The position numbers and the translations under genes are program-made. From the sequence record ON529851.1: a stretch of 64,000 nucleotides of DNA, one strand, 5' to 3'. Positions 44,929 through 53,736 of the stretch are shown here, piece after piece; the stretch's first letter is position 1; each line of letters opens with the position of its first letter. Under the pieces are notes generated by a model. It did not search any database. It was given only the letters and a program-made list of their open reading frames with translations, and had not been told where the DNA came from.

Positions 44929-45909
44929 CTACTCGTCGTCCGCCCGCGTGACGGGGACGCCGGCGAGGCGCTGCGCGCGCTCCCAGATTTCCGCGTCTGT
45001 CAGGTAGCCCTCGCCGCCCTGGTTGTAGCCGTAGCGCTTCGCTTTCAACTGCCCGACGACGTCGGCCAAGGCCTGGCGCAGCAGGGTGGCGTCGCCCGCC
45101 GCCGCCAACTTGCGCGCTGCCGTCTGTTGCCAATCGGCCTCCGCATGCGCCTTCGCCGCGTCCAGCGTGGGGAAGGTGTCGAACGCGAACGGGTCGTCTA
45201 TCCGCCAGCAGATGAAGTTCTCCAGGTCAGGCTGGATGCTGTAGACGCCGCCGAAGCCCGGCGCGATCAGGATGCTTTCGGCGTGACCGTTGTCCCGATC
45301 GAAGGCGGACGGCTTGCGCCAGTCGAGCGGCAGAATGCCCGGCGTGGGAAGCGCGATCAGGACCATACGTGCGTCGTCCAGGGTGGGGTCGGGGGCGCCC
45401 CCGGCAAACAGGGCGTTCTTGGCCGCGACCAGGACGCCGAGCGGCCAATCCACGGACGCGGCGTCCGGTCCGGGCCGTCCGACATTGTAGAAGTAGTTGT
45501 CCATCACCTCGCGGACGTCCGCCTCGGTCAGTTCGTCGGCGTCGCGGCGCTTACGGTTGACGTTGTAGAGGATTTCCGAGATGTCGCGGTCGGACGGCTT
45601 GCGCGGCACGACCTGCATGACCGCCCCGGATTCCGCCTGCGGCGGTCGCTGGTTCCAGGCCGCGATTGCGGTCGCGTCGTCGGGTGAAATGACGCTGTCG
45701 GGGCAGGGCGGCGCGCCCTCCGTATAGTTCGCGGCGCAGACGACGCGCCGGCGCATGGGACCGTAGGAGCCGCCGTCGACGCCCTTCCCCTTGCCGACCC
45801 AGTCGCCCATCGTGCCGATCAGCTTGCCCGGCCCGCCGCAATGCGGGCAGGGGGCGATCTCCGCCAGTGCGACCTCAGGGCTGGGCTTCACATTGATGTC
45901 GGACAGCAT
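44929..45909 (-). CDS. Protein with N-terminal Lar-like CPHCG Zn ribbon
   Basis: IAPCPHCGG...AIAAWNQR resembles Lar-family motif. Confidence 0.7.
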   Translation of the reverse strand: MLSDINVKPSPEVALAEIAPCPHCGGPGKLIGTMGDWVGKGKGVDGGSYGPMRRRVVCAANYTEGAPPCPDSVISPDDATAIAAWNQRPPQAESGAVMQVVPRKPSDRDISEILYNVNRKRRDADELTEADVREVMDNYFYNVGRPGPDAASVDWPLGVLVAAKNALFAGGAPDPTLDDARMVLIALPTPGILPLDWRKPSAFDRDNGHAESILIAPGFGGVYSIQPDLENFICWRIDDPFAFDTFPTLDAAKAHAEADWQQTAARKLAAAGDATLLRQALADVVGQLKAKRYGYNQGGEGYLTDAEIWERAQRLAGVPVTRADDE

Positions 45910-45967
45910 GGCGATCTCCTCTTCAGTTGAGGCGATCTGTAAAGGAATGAATTGCGCCCGTCAAGCG

Positions 45968-46183
45968 TCAATCGGTAGTCTCGGCCTGGACGAAGCACGC
46001 CCACGCGAAGATGAAACAGACGACAGCGACCGGCAACAGCGCCTCGGCCGCCTGGAACGCCCGCAGGGGCAGGAGGATGCCCAACACCGTCAGGACGACG
46101 CCCGCCCCGCCAAAGAGCAAGCAGGGGACGTTCGCCATCAGACTGAGGGGCTGGCGCCCAGTCTTGTTGTCGCGGGTGTTCAT
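45968..46183 (-). CDS. Small two-TM protein
   Basis: GGAGGG RBS; hydrophobic. Confidence 0.7.
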   Translation of the reverse strand: MNTRDNKTGRQPLSLMANVPCLLFGGAGVVLTVLGILLPLRAFQAAEALLPVAVVCFIFAWACFVQAETTD

Positions 46184-46191
46184 AGGCCCTC

Positions 46192-46287
46192 CTAGTTGTT
46201 CGACAGGATTTCCCCGACCATCATGAAGATGAGCATCAGGAAGATGAAGGCGACGAGGCCGAAAGCGATGTAGTCGACGGGTTGCAT
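46192..46287 (-). CDS. 31-aa TM peptide MQPVDYIAFGLVAFIFLMLIFMMVGEILSNN
   Basis: AAGGAAAG upstream. Confidence 0.6.
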   Translation of the reverse strand: MQPVDYIAFGLVAFIFLMLIFMMVGEILSNN

Positions 46288-46398
46288 GCGTCTTTCCTTT
46301 TGTCTGCGACGGCGATCAGTCGCCTGAAGAAGTCGTCCGGCGCCGGCCGGAGCCAGGGCGTCTGGTAGTATCGGTCGCCGTTACGGGTCCAGTAGGAC

Positions 46399-46698
46399 TC
46401 AGCCGGCATGGTCGTCCGCCAGACGTTTGTCGCGGGCGTCCATCGTCGCCAGCATCATGGACAGGCTACCGATGCACGCAAACGCCTTGGGGTAGCTGTT
46501 CGGCTCCGCCTCGGCGTCACGGCAAACCGCCTTAACACCCGCCGCCATGTCCTTGACCGCCAGCGTGCGCTCGTCGGCCACACGCTCGTCGGCGCGCTCC
46601 TGCATGATCTGGTGCGTCACGAGGAAGGTGGTGGTGACCGCGAGCATCACGGCGATCCCGAACAGCGCCCATAGGGCGGCCTTGTCAGTCTTCGTCAC
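46399..46698 (-). CDS. Single-TM protein
   Basis: N-terminal TM; similar layout to 47361-47639. Confidence 0.7.
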   Translation of the reverse strand: MTKTDKAALWALFGIAVMLAVTTTFLVTHQIMQERADERVADERTLAVKDMAAGVKAVCRDAEAEPNSYPKAFACIGSLSMMLATMDARDKRLADDHAG

Positions 46699-46993
46699 TG
46701 GCGCGGAACTCCTCTTTCAAGCTGTAAAGGCGCAACACGCGATTGCGTCCCAGGCTGTCACAGGCGTGGAGCCGTCCGATCTCGAAACGCTCGTCCCGGC
46801 CGAGCCAGGACGCCGCGACCTGGGCGCGGTTGAGCGGGTGCGGGCTCATGCCCTTCCACAACTTGGGTTCAGGCACGGCGTCGCAGAAGGCCGAGTTCAT
46901 CCAGCCGTCCATGACACAGACGCTCCAGATGACGCCGCCGCCTTCGCGGCGCATCAGGGCGATCATGGCGTCGCCGACCGGATTGGTCTTCAT
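46685..46993 (-). CDS. Hypothetical protein
   Basis: ATGA coupling; MKTNPVG. Confidence 0.7.
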   Translation of the reverse strand: MKTNPVGDAMIALMRREGGGVIWSVCVMDGWMNSAFCDAVPEPKLWKGMSPHPLNRAQVAASWLGRDERFEIGRLHACDSLGRNRVLRLYSLKEEFRASDED

Positions 46994-47364
46994 GCCGTGA
47001 TCCCCATGCGGCGCATCAGGCCGCTGATGTAGCGGGCGCCGAAGGCGTGGTAGGTGAAGAAGAGCGACGGGTGTCCGAAGCAGTCGTCGTTGCGGCCGAC
47101 CTCGTTGCGGGCGGCGCGCTCGCGGGCGTCGCTCGGCATGATGCAGCCGTTCGCGGCCGTATGAAGGGCGCCGACGCAGTAGGCGGTCTCGGGGTTCTCG
47201 GGGCCGTGGTCGCGCAGGTGGCAGGACGGGACCTGGTTCTCCTGCACCACGTCGGCATACCATTGCGCTTCGTGCCCGCCCAGGTAGCCCTGGAGGGCGT
47301 CCTTGCGCCACGGGCACTCGTTGCAGGGGGTCTTGTGGATCAGGCGGCGGTTGTCGGTGGTCAC
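46990..47364 (-). CDS. DUF6283-like Cys/His protein
   Basis: PCNECPWRKD, PSCH, YCVGAL. Confidence 0.7.
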   Translation of the reverse strand: MTTDNRRLIHKTPCNECPWRKDALQGYLGGHEAQWYADVVQENQVPSCHLRDHGPENPETAYCVGALHTAANGCIMPSDARERAARNEVGRNDDCFGHPSLFFTYHAFGARYISGLMRRMGITA

Positions 47365-47639
47365 GAAGGCTCCTGGATTTCGCGGTGGCTCAAGCGCGCC
47401 CAGACGAAGGCGCGCATCCGTCCGGCGCCGACGCATTGTTCGCGCGAGGCGTTCGGGGCGGGCTCGGTGCAGATCATCTGCTCGGCGTCTGCGAGGTCTT
47501 TGAGCACGGCGCGGCGTTCGTCGACCTCTCCCTGCTGGGTCTGGCTGGAAACCCCGGCGGCGAGGCCGACCACGAAGATGAGGGCGGCGGCGAGAAACGC
47601 CACCACCGTCACCAAGGGGGTAGTCCGGCGGTCGCCCAT
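47361..47639 (-). CDS. Single-TM protein
   Basis: N-terminal TM. Confidence 0.7.
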   Translation of the reverse strand: MGDRRTTPLVTVVAFLAAALIFVVGLAAGVSSQTQQGEVDERRAVLKDLADAEQMICTEPAPNASREQCVGAGRMRAFVWARLSHREIQEPS

Positions 47640-48247
47640 CAGATCGTCTCCAGCTTCTTGCCCGTCAGGGCTTCCAGCGCGGCGGCGGCCGCGCGATAGT
47701 TCTCCAGCCGGAACACCGACGTGGCGGGTCCGCCGACGAAGCCGTGGTCGGTCCAGATTTCATGGCTGCCGTCTTCGGCCGCGTCGTAGCTGCGCACGAC
47801 GGCCGCGAACGGGGCCAGCGCCGCGATCGCCTGTTCGAGCGTTTCCACCGAAGGGGTGGGCGGCGGCGTGTAGGGGCGGATGTAGGAGATGATGCACTGC
47901 CAGGCGACGTCGGGGAAATCGCAGGCGCGGCCGCGCATCACCGCCCCCGTCACCAGCCGGGCCTCGATCACCGTCTCGCCGACGGGGTTGACGTCGCCGG
48001 TGAACTTCAACCAGCCGTCCCGGCGGGGCCGCCCGATGAAGGTGTAGTAGGTCAGCGGTCCCGCCATCCCACCGATGCCGATGCCGCCGCCCTTCGCAGC
48101 GCTGGGGTCCCGCTGAAGGGTTCGGATCGCGCCGAAACACGGACGGCCGCGATGCGTCGCCCACACAAAATCGCCAACCTGGATATGGGCCGAGTTCTGG
48201 ATCGTCAGGCGCTCGCCGAGCGCGGGCAAGGTGGTGGTGTCGGTCAT
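47639..48247 (-). CDS. Hypothetical protein
   Basis: Coupled ORF. Confidence 0.75.
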   Translation of the reverse strand: MTDTTTLPALGERLTIQNSAHIQVGDFVWATHRGRPCFGAIRTLQRDPSAAKGGGIGIGGMAGPLTYYTFIGRPRRDGWLKFTGDVNPVGETVIEARLVTGAVMRGRACDFPDVAWQCIISYIRPYTPPPTPSVETLEQAIAALAPFAAVVRSYDAAEDGSHEIWTDHGFVGGPATSVFRLENYRAAAAALEALTGKKLETI

Positions 48248-48612
48248 GCTTTAAAGCCTGCGTTTCCAATGGACAGGCCTACGGCGGCGGCCATACGGTC
48301 GCTGATCTCGCGCAGCGTGGTGGTCTCGCCGGCGATGAAGGTGTTGCGCTCGGCGACCCATTCCCGGATCAGAGCCTCCAGGTCCGGCGCGTTGTGCGGC
48401 CGGATGACGAAGGGCTCGTCGCAGGGGTCCTCGAAAATAGAGTCCTTGGCCTTGGCGTACCACTGGTAGAGGTCGGTCCCGTCGTAGCGGAACAGACGCG
48501 GGTCGCGGACGCCGACCTTCGGCATCTGGTTATAGGCGAAGGATTCCATGTCAGGGACGTGGGTCCGGTCCGCCGAAGCCGGGAAATCATACGTCAGGTG
48601 CGTGTCGCTCAT
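48244..48612 (-). CDS. Hypothetical protein
   Basis: Start MSDTHL after AAGGAGG; promoter 48639. Confidence 0.75.
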   Translation of the reverse strand: MSDTHLTYDFPASADRTHVPDMESFAYNQMPKVGVRDPRLFRYDGTDLYQWYAKAKDSIFEDPCDEPFVIRPHNAPDLEALIREWVAERNTFIAGETTTLREISDRMAAAVGLSIGNAGFKA

Positions 48613-48661
48613 GCGGTCCTCCTTCGTGGTCAGGGGTGTGTAAAGGAACGATTTGCGTCTG

Positions 48662-50071
48662 TCAACGCTTGCCAGCTTGGTCACGCTTTTCGAGCATGTC
48701 GGTGAAGGCCGTCCACAGACCCTCGTTGACGATGAAGTCGTCGCGCAGCCGCAGCAGGTCCGACCACTCGGCCTGCGCCCGCCACGGATTCTCCTCGTCC
48801 TCAGGCGTCGCCCCCAGGGCGTCCAGGACCTTGCGCGCCTCGGCGTGGGCGAGCCGACCAGCGGCCTCGGCCTGTTTCCAGGCGTTGGTGTCGAGGTGTC
48901 GTTGACCAGGTTCGTAGAAGGCCAGGATGAAGTTGAGCGCGCCCCAGCACTTCTCCAGCGCCTCGGTCGCGCCCTGGAGGGCGTCGGCGTCCCGGAGGCC
49001 CTGCTGACCGGCTTCGGTTTCCCGTTCCTGCGCCGCCGCGTCCAGCCGGGCGTTGTAGGCCGCCACGCCACGCTTCAGGTAGTCCATCCAGTCGATTGCG
49101 GCGCAGCGCTCGAAGTAGGCGGGATCATCCACCGGCAGGGCGGCGTTCGTGCGCCATCCGGCCCGGAACGCCGCGAACTGGTCGGACGCCGCTTGCAGGC
49201 CGATCATCGTCCACAGGTCGTCCGCCAGCAGGCGGATGGCGCCCACGGGCGCCGACTTGTGCGGATGGTCGAAGAGACCTCCCGCGATCAGATCAAACAG
49301 GTGGTCGGCGGACCGCAGGCCTTCCTTCGGACCCGCCGTCGCCTGCGCCAGGATGTCGCCGATCCAGGCGTTCATCTTCTGACCGCTGGCGAGCGCCGCC
49401 GCTTGAGCCGGATCGGCGGCGCTGCGCAGCAGCGGCCACAGGGCGTTCGCCACGTCATCCGCCATCAGATCGTAGTCGCCGGCGCGGCGATGCGTGATCA
49501 GGTCCTTCACCGAAGCCTTCAGCGCCGCCTCATCCTTGAACGCGGGGACATGCGGCGTCGCCTTCAAGGCTTCGGCCGCCATGTCGCAGGCCCGCTCGGC
49601 GACGGCCCGGAACTTCTCGTCGCCGCTGTCGCAGCGGGCGATCCACAGCTTGTCCTGGCACTCCCCCAGAGCGACGCGCAGGTGCTCGACGTTGAGCGGG
49701 TCGGACAGCGCGCGCCCCCACATGCGGAACTGGACGGCCTGGGCGCGACAGGATGCGGCCACGCGCCGGCTGTTGTCGGCGCGCTTGGCCTTCATGGGGT
49801 CGGGGTTCTCCGCCCAGTCGGCCGCGTCTTCGTCGTAACGCACGGCGTCGTCGTCATTCGACTCGGCCTGCCGCAGGCAATAGGCGTGCAGGGCGGCGAT
49901 GCTGGGGTCAGACGTGAGTTCGGCCGCGACAGCGTCGGCCTGGGCCTGCGCGGGCTCGCCATAGATGGCGAAGCCTTCGCCGGGCTCCCAGTGGACGGGG
50001 TAGTCGGCGCCCCACCAGGTGACTTCACGGTCGTTGCGGACCCAGCCGAGCGGCGTGCGGATGTCGGTCAT
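48662..50071 (-). CDS. Hypothetical 469-aa protein
   Basis: AAGGAG RBS. Confidence 0.8.
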   Translation of the reverse strand: MTDIRTPLGWVRNDREVTWWGADYPVHWEPGEGFAIYGEPAQAQADAVAAELTSDPSIAALHAYCLRQAESNDDDAVRYDEDAADWAENPDPMKAKRADNSRRVAASCRAQAVQFRMWGRALSDPLNVEHLRVALGECQDKLWIARCDSGDEKFRAVAERACDMAAEALKATPHVPAFKDEAALKASVKDLITHRRAGDYDLMADDVANALWPLLRSAADPAQAAALASGQKMNAWIGDILAQATAGPKEGLRSADHLFDLIAGGLFDHPHKSAPVGAIRLLADDLWTMIGLQAASDQFAAFRAGWRTNAALPVDDPAYFERCAAIDWMDYLKRGVAAYNARLDAAAQERETEAGQQGLRDADALQGATEALEKCWGALNFILAFYEPGQRHLDTNAWKQAEAAGRLAHAEARKVLDALGATPEDEENPWRAQAEWSDLLRLRDDFIVNEGLWTAFTDMLEKRDQAGKR

Positions 50072-50082
50072 CAGGGGCTCCT

Positions 50083-50631
50083 TCAGATCATGTCCATAGC
50101 GCGCAGGCGCGCGGCGGCGCCGTAGACCCGGACGGTTTCACGGGTGATTCGGGGGTCGCTCAGACTGCTGGTCACCAGGGGCGCGTGACACTCGTCGGTC
50201 GGCTCGAACACGCCCAACGACATGGCGCGCCCGGTGTAGATTTGCTGGTAGGATAGCGGGAACGGGTAGGGGTAGTGCCCCTCCGGCTTGTCGCCGGCGC
50301 AGAACATGCGCAGATAGCCGAGAGGCTCGGGATCACGCACGTCTTCGACGCCGGTCTCCTCACGCAGTTCGCGGAGCGCAGCGTCCAGCATCCCTTCGCC
50401 GGCCTCGATATGTCCCCCCGCCATCTCGATCCCGCGCCGGGTGTTATGTGCCAGGACCACCGCCCAGGTGTCCAGATAGGGGACCATGAAGGCGGTCCGG
50501 GTCAGGTCTTCAGGGGCCTCGTCGTCCGACAGGATCAGATCAACCCGGTTCGGGAGCGGCAGCCAGTCGACATCAAACTCGGTGCGCGCAATCACGGCGC
50601 CTGGCGGCAAGGTGGTCTTGGGGGTGGACAT
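50083..50631 (-). CDS. Nudix hydrolase
   Basis: Nudix box GGHIEAGEGMLDAALRELREETG. Confidence 0.9.
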   Translation of the reverse strand: MSTPKTTLPPGAVIARTEFDVDWLPLPNRVDLILSDDEAPEDLTRTAFMVPYLDTWAVVLAHNTRRGIEMAGGHIEAGEGMLDAALRELREETGVEDVRDPEPLGYLRMFCAGDKPEGHYPYPFPLSYQQIYTGRAMSLGVFEPTDECHAPLVTSSLSDPRITRETVRVYGAAARLRAMDMI

Positions 50632-50798
50632 GGGCGCTCCTTCAACGGTTCTCCCGCCGTGTAAAGGAACGGTGTGAGGATTACAAGCAGAACTTCTTGC
50701 CGCCTGACAAGATTCGTGTCACTCAGAATTTACCGTCAGGGAGAACCCCTGCCGGCGCCAGGCGGCTGCGGCCGTCGATCGAAAGGACCACCGCCCCC

Positions 50799-51947
50799 AT
50801 GAGCGGCACTGACCTGCGCGTGCGCGCGCACATCACCTATTCTGTCACGTCCTATCATGAGACGGGCAAAACCGGCACAAGCCGGGAAGCGGGCTCCGGC
50901 TTCTCGTTGGACTCCGCCAACGCCATCGCCGAGGCCCTTTACGGCGTGTCTTCCCAGCCCCGCGCCCTGTATCAGATCGCGGTGAATGAACAGGTGCATG
51001 ACACCGCCCAACCCAGCGGCGCCCAGCCCGACTGGCTGGCGAGCGCCGCCGCATGGCTCGCACTTCGCCCGGCGGGCACCCTCATGACGGTGGAACGGGT
51101 CGACGCCGGCGACCGGATGGGCACGCGCCTGACCACCTACGAGCCGGTCAAGACACGCAGCGCGCCCGAAGTCTTCACGATCAAAACCTCAGGGTTTGAT
51201 CTGAAGGGCGGCCTGGGTGATCTCCAGAGTGTCGCTGATACGGTCAAGGACTCCATTATGCGCGAGATCAGCCGCATCAACCTGCCCGAGCGGTGGGAGG
51301 ACCTGTCGAGCGAAACCACCCGGCGTGGGCTGGAAGCCTTCATGGCGGTCCAGACGGTGGGCAAGGATGCCTGGCGGGATCATGAGATCGAGGGGATGGT
51401 CAACCGCATCGCTCAGCGCACCGGCAAGGCCAAGATCGACCTGCGGCGTATGTTTGAGAACGCCCAGGAGCGGGTGATGGAGGCCAAACGCATCCTGGCG
51501 GACGCCGTCCCGACCACGGCGCCCCTGACCGCGCGTGAAGAGCATTACTGCAAGAACCGCGCGAAGGGCTGTTCGCCTGTGGTCGCCGCGCGTTATGCCG
51601 GCTACCTCAGCGACTGGCGCTCGACGTTCAACGTGGGCGGACTCGAAAACTCGCCCCCGATCCAGGCGCGGATCGCGGAACTGATCACCGCCAAGGCTCC
51701 GGCCGAAGCCACGCCCCAAGCCCTGCCCGCCGGCGCCGCCCGCCTCGACAACGCCACGCAGGAGTTCTTCGCCCTGAACATCGGCTTCTACGGCATGACG
51801 GTCGAGGCGGCCGCCAAGCAGATGAGCCTGCCGCTGGAAACGGCGGACGGTCTGATGGAGATGCCGACGGTGAAGGCGCGGATCAAGTTCTTCCAGCGCA
51901 CGCTCCGGGCAAACGTCGAGGCCTTCCGCGCGGAAGGGCCGCAATGA
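50799..51947 (+). CDS. Protein with TerS-like helix-turn-helix segment(s)
   Basis: EEHYCKNRAKGCSPVVAARYAGY; AAAGGA RBS. Confidence 0.7.
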   Translation: MSGTDLRVRAHITYSVTSYHETGKTGTSREAGSGFSLDSANAIAEALYGVSSQPRALYQIAVNEQVHDTAQPSGAQPDWLASAAAWLALRPAGTLMTVERVDAGDRMGTRLTTYEPVKTRSAPEVFTIKTSGFDLKGGLGDLQSVADTVKDSIMREISRINLPERWEDLSSETTRRGLEAFMAVQTVGKDAWRDHEIEGMVNRIAQRTGKAKIDLRRMFENAQERVMEAKRILADAVPTTAPLTAREEHYCKNRAKGCSPVVAARYAGYLSDWRSTFNVGGLENSPPIQARIAELITAKAPAEATPQALPAGAARLDNATQEFFALNIGFYGMTVEAAAKQMSLPLETADGLMEMPTVKARIKFFQRTLRANVEAFRAEGPQ

Positions 51948-52291
51948 AGCGCGTCTTCGACGACCACGGCCTCTGGAACCCGGAGGCTCACGCCGCCGGG
52001 CTCCGGGCGCTGCCGCTGGTGAAGCAGGCGTTTGAACTGCTGCTGGGCGAGGGCTACAACCCTCGCGAGGCGCAGGCGCTGCTCAACGCCACGGTGGATG
52101 AGGAGACGCTGGACCGCATTCTTGTGGTCAAGGAGCGGCTTCGTCTGAAGCAGGCCGGGCACGCCGAGGCGGAGCGGGTCGGCAACCTGCGCCGGCATGT
52201 GCCGTTCCCGCCGGCCGACCACCCTGTCTTCACGCCCGAGCACAAGGCGAAGGCCTTCAACTTGGTGCGGCCTGAAGGCGAATCGGTATGA
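51944..52291 (+). CDS. Hypothetical protein
   Basis: ATGA coupling. Confidence 0.75.
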   Translation: MKRVFDDHGLWNPEAHAAGLRALPLVKQAFELLLGEGYNPREAQALLNATVDEETLDRILVVKERLRLKQAGHAEAERVGNLRRHVPFPPADHPVFTPEHKAKAFNLVRPEGESV

Positions 52292-52566
52292 GCCCTGGAT
52301 ACAAGGCGGTCGTGGTCCAAGACGGGTTCCTCCGAAACCGCTACGGATACGAGCAACGTGTCGCGCCGGGCTGCTTCACCATTGTGGACGAGCACGACAA
52401 CCCGATCCGCACCCATGACGGCTTCGCAGTCTTTGCCAGCCTCAAGGAGGCGGCCTGGTGCGCCGAGTTGATGCGCGGCGCCTATTTCGAGGGCGAGGCC
52501 AGCGTCAAGGCGGCCATGCGGAACCTGCTCGACATCCCTGAACCACCGGACGACGAAGACGGCTGA
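52288..52566 (+). CDS. Hypothetical protein
   Basis: ATGA coupling. Confidence 0.75.
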   Translation: MSPGYKAVVVQDGFLRNRYGYEQRVAPGCFTIVDEHDNPIRTHDGFAVFASLKEAAWCAELMRGAYFEGEASVKAAMRNLLDIPEPPDDEDG

Positions 52567-52570
52567 AGGC

Positions 52571-52600
52571 TTGACGGTATGGAGGCGGCCGTGCTACACA
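52571..52600 (+). promoter_or_regulatory. Sigma70-type promoter upstream of tRNA leader
   Basis: TTGACG 52571-52576; GCTACACA 52593-52600 (Caulobacter-like -10). Confidence 0.7.
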
Positions 52601-52607
52601 ACGCCCC

Positions 52608-52640
52608 ATGCTGACCGCCCTGAGACTCAGGACTGCCTAA
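52608..52640 (+). CDS. Candidate leader peptide MLTALRLRTA (AGA, AGG codons)
   Basis: ATG CTG ACC GCC CTG AGA CTC AGG ACT GCC TAA at the predicted start site. Confidence 0.55.
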   Translation: MLTALRLRTA

Positions 52641-52667
52641 GCGCCCCAGACCACCGGGGCGCTTTTT
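52639..52667 (+). terminator. Intrinsic terminator directly before the tRNA
   Basis: AAGCGCCCC-AGACCACC-GGGGCGC-TTTTT. Confidence 0.8.
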
Positions 52668-52668
52668 C

Positions 52669-52743
52669 GCGTCCTGGGTGTGTCGGACAGCACGTTCAGC
52701 TTCTAACTGGAAAGGCCGGGTTCGATTCCTGGAGGACGCGCCA
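52669..52743 (+). tRNA. trnR: tRNA-Arg(UCU)
   Basis: Cloverleaf: GCGTCCT/AGGACGC, D GTGT/GCAC, anticodon TTCAG-CTTCTAA-CTGGA, T CCGGG-TTCGATT-CCTGG, encoded CCA. Confidence 0.92.
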
Positions 52744-52781
52744 TCGCTTGACACCCTTTGAGGGGCGTGCACCATTCTCCT

Positions 52782-53027
52782 ATGAAGAAACACCCTGACC
52801 CATGGTGCGGCGTCGCCGCCTTGCGCGCGCTTCACCTCCCCTACGCCGCCCAATCGTTCCCAGGCGCCACGTACCTACGTACAGAGTTCTGTACGGTATT
52901 TGACAAGTGGACCACCGTCTATCAGGACCCCAAGGGGCAGGAGTGCGTGATGGTTGAGATGTGGCAAGACCCTGAGGGTAAGACCGGCCGCATGGCGGTC
53001 ATCAAACCGCGCGGCGTACTCCACTGA
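52782..53027 (+). CDS. Hypothetical protein, probably leaderless
   Basis: Own promoter TTGACA 52748 and CATTCT. Confidence 0.7.
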   Translation: MKKHPDPWCGVAALRALHLPYAAQSFPGATYLRTEFCTVFDKWTTVYQDPKGQECVMVEMWQDPEGKTGRMAVIKPRGVLH

Positions 53028-53190
53028 TCACTCGTGGGCTTCGCCCCCTCGTGACTGCCTGCGGCAGCCATCCTCCGGAACCCGGCACGCCTGTAACGGC
53101 CCCAGGCTGATCACGCCCGGCACAGCCTGCCGACCGTTTCGACTGATCCCGAACGGGAACATTCCGCCCAGGCCCGGCACCGCCGCAGCG
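53027..53190 (+). repeat. Dispersed hairpin element, copy 5
   Basis: ATCACTCGTGGGCTTCGCCCCCTCGTGACTGCCTGCGGCAG; three CGGCAC motifs follow. Confidence 0.85.
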
Positions 53191-53346
53191 TTTTGATCCC
53201 GTGCGGGATCACGCCGATGGTCGCCATATCATCCGCAACGGCCGATAAGGGTTGATATGGGCGCCATCAGGGCCGGCGGGCAGTCGAGGCGGACGCATCA
53301 GATATGACGCGTTGGGCGGCCTAACGCGTCACTTATGGTGCACGGG

Positions 53347-53736
53347 CTAGGCGCGACGCACCAACGGCGTGTCGACGAAACGCTCATCGGCGAACATCAC
53401 CCCGACCAGTGCATAGAGGTCGGGATCAGCGGCGAAGTCTTCCACCACGTCCATGACGAACAACTCGGCTGTCCAGCCCCATCCGTTGTCCTGGACGATG
53501 GTCTGGTTCAGGTCGAGCAGCCGCTGGACGGCGCGCTCGTCCCACACGTAGAGGGCGCCGCCGAAGACGTTGCTTTCGGCCTGCGTGAACACGCGGTGCT
53601 GGAGGTCGGTGGTCTGGAGCCAGGCCAGCGCCCGTTCCAGGGTCCACCCCGCCATCACGATGGTGCCCAGCGGCAGATACCCCATGGGCTTGTCGCGGCC
53701 GACCCGCAGGAGGTCGTTCATGTAGGATTCGGACAT
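53347..53736 (-). CDS. Hypothetical protein
   Basis: Start MSESYM overlaps upstream stop. Confidence 0.75.
   Translation of the reverse strand: MSESYMNDLLRVGRDKPMGYLPLGTIVMAGWTLERALAWLQTTDLQHRVFTQAESNVFGGALYVWDERAVQRLLDLNQTIVQDNGWGWTAELFVMDVVEDFAADPDLYALVGVMFADERFVDTPLVRRA

Noticed and set aside
48653-50125. 490-aa plus-strand ORF and similar long antisense ORFs (6387, 14373, 21729, 34124, 60785)
   Set aside because: Shadows of genes that have RBS, promoters and coupling on the other strand
35679-50722. Common TGACA-Nx-TGTCA operator (35679, 50705)
   Set aside because: Spacers differ (5, 7, 8 nt across sites); likely divergent -35 boxes or chance
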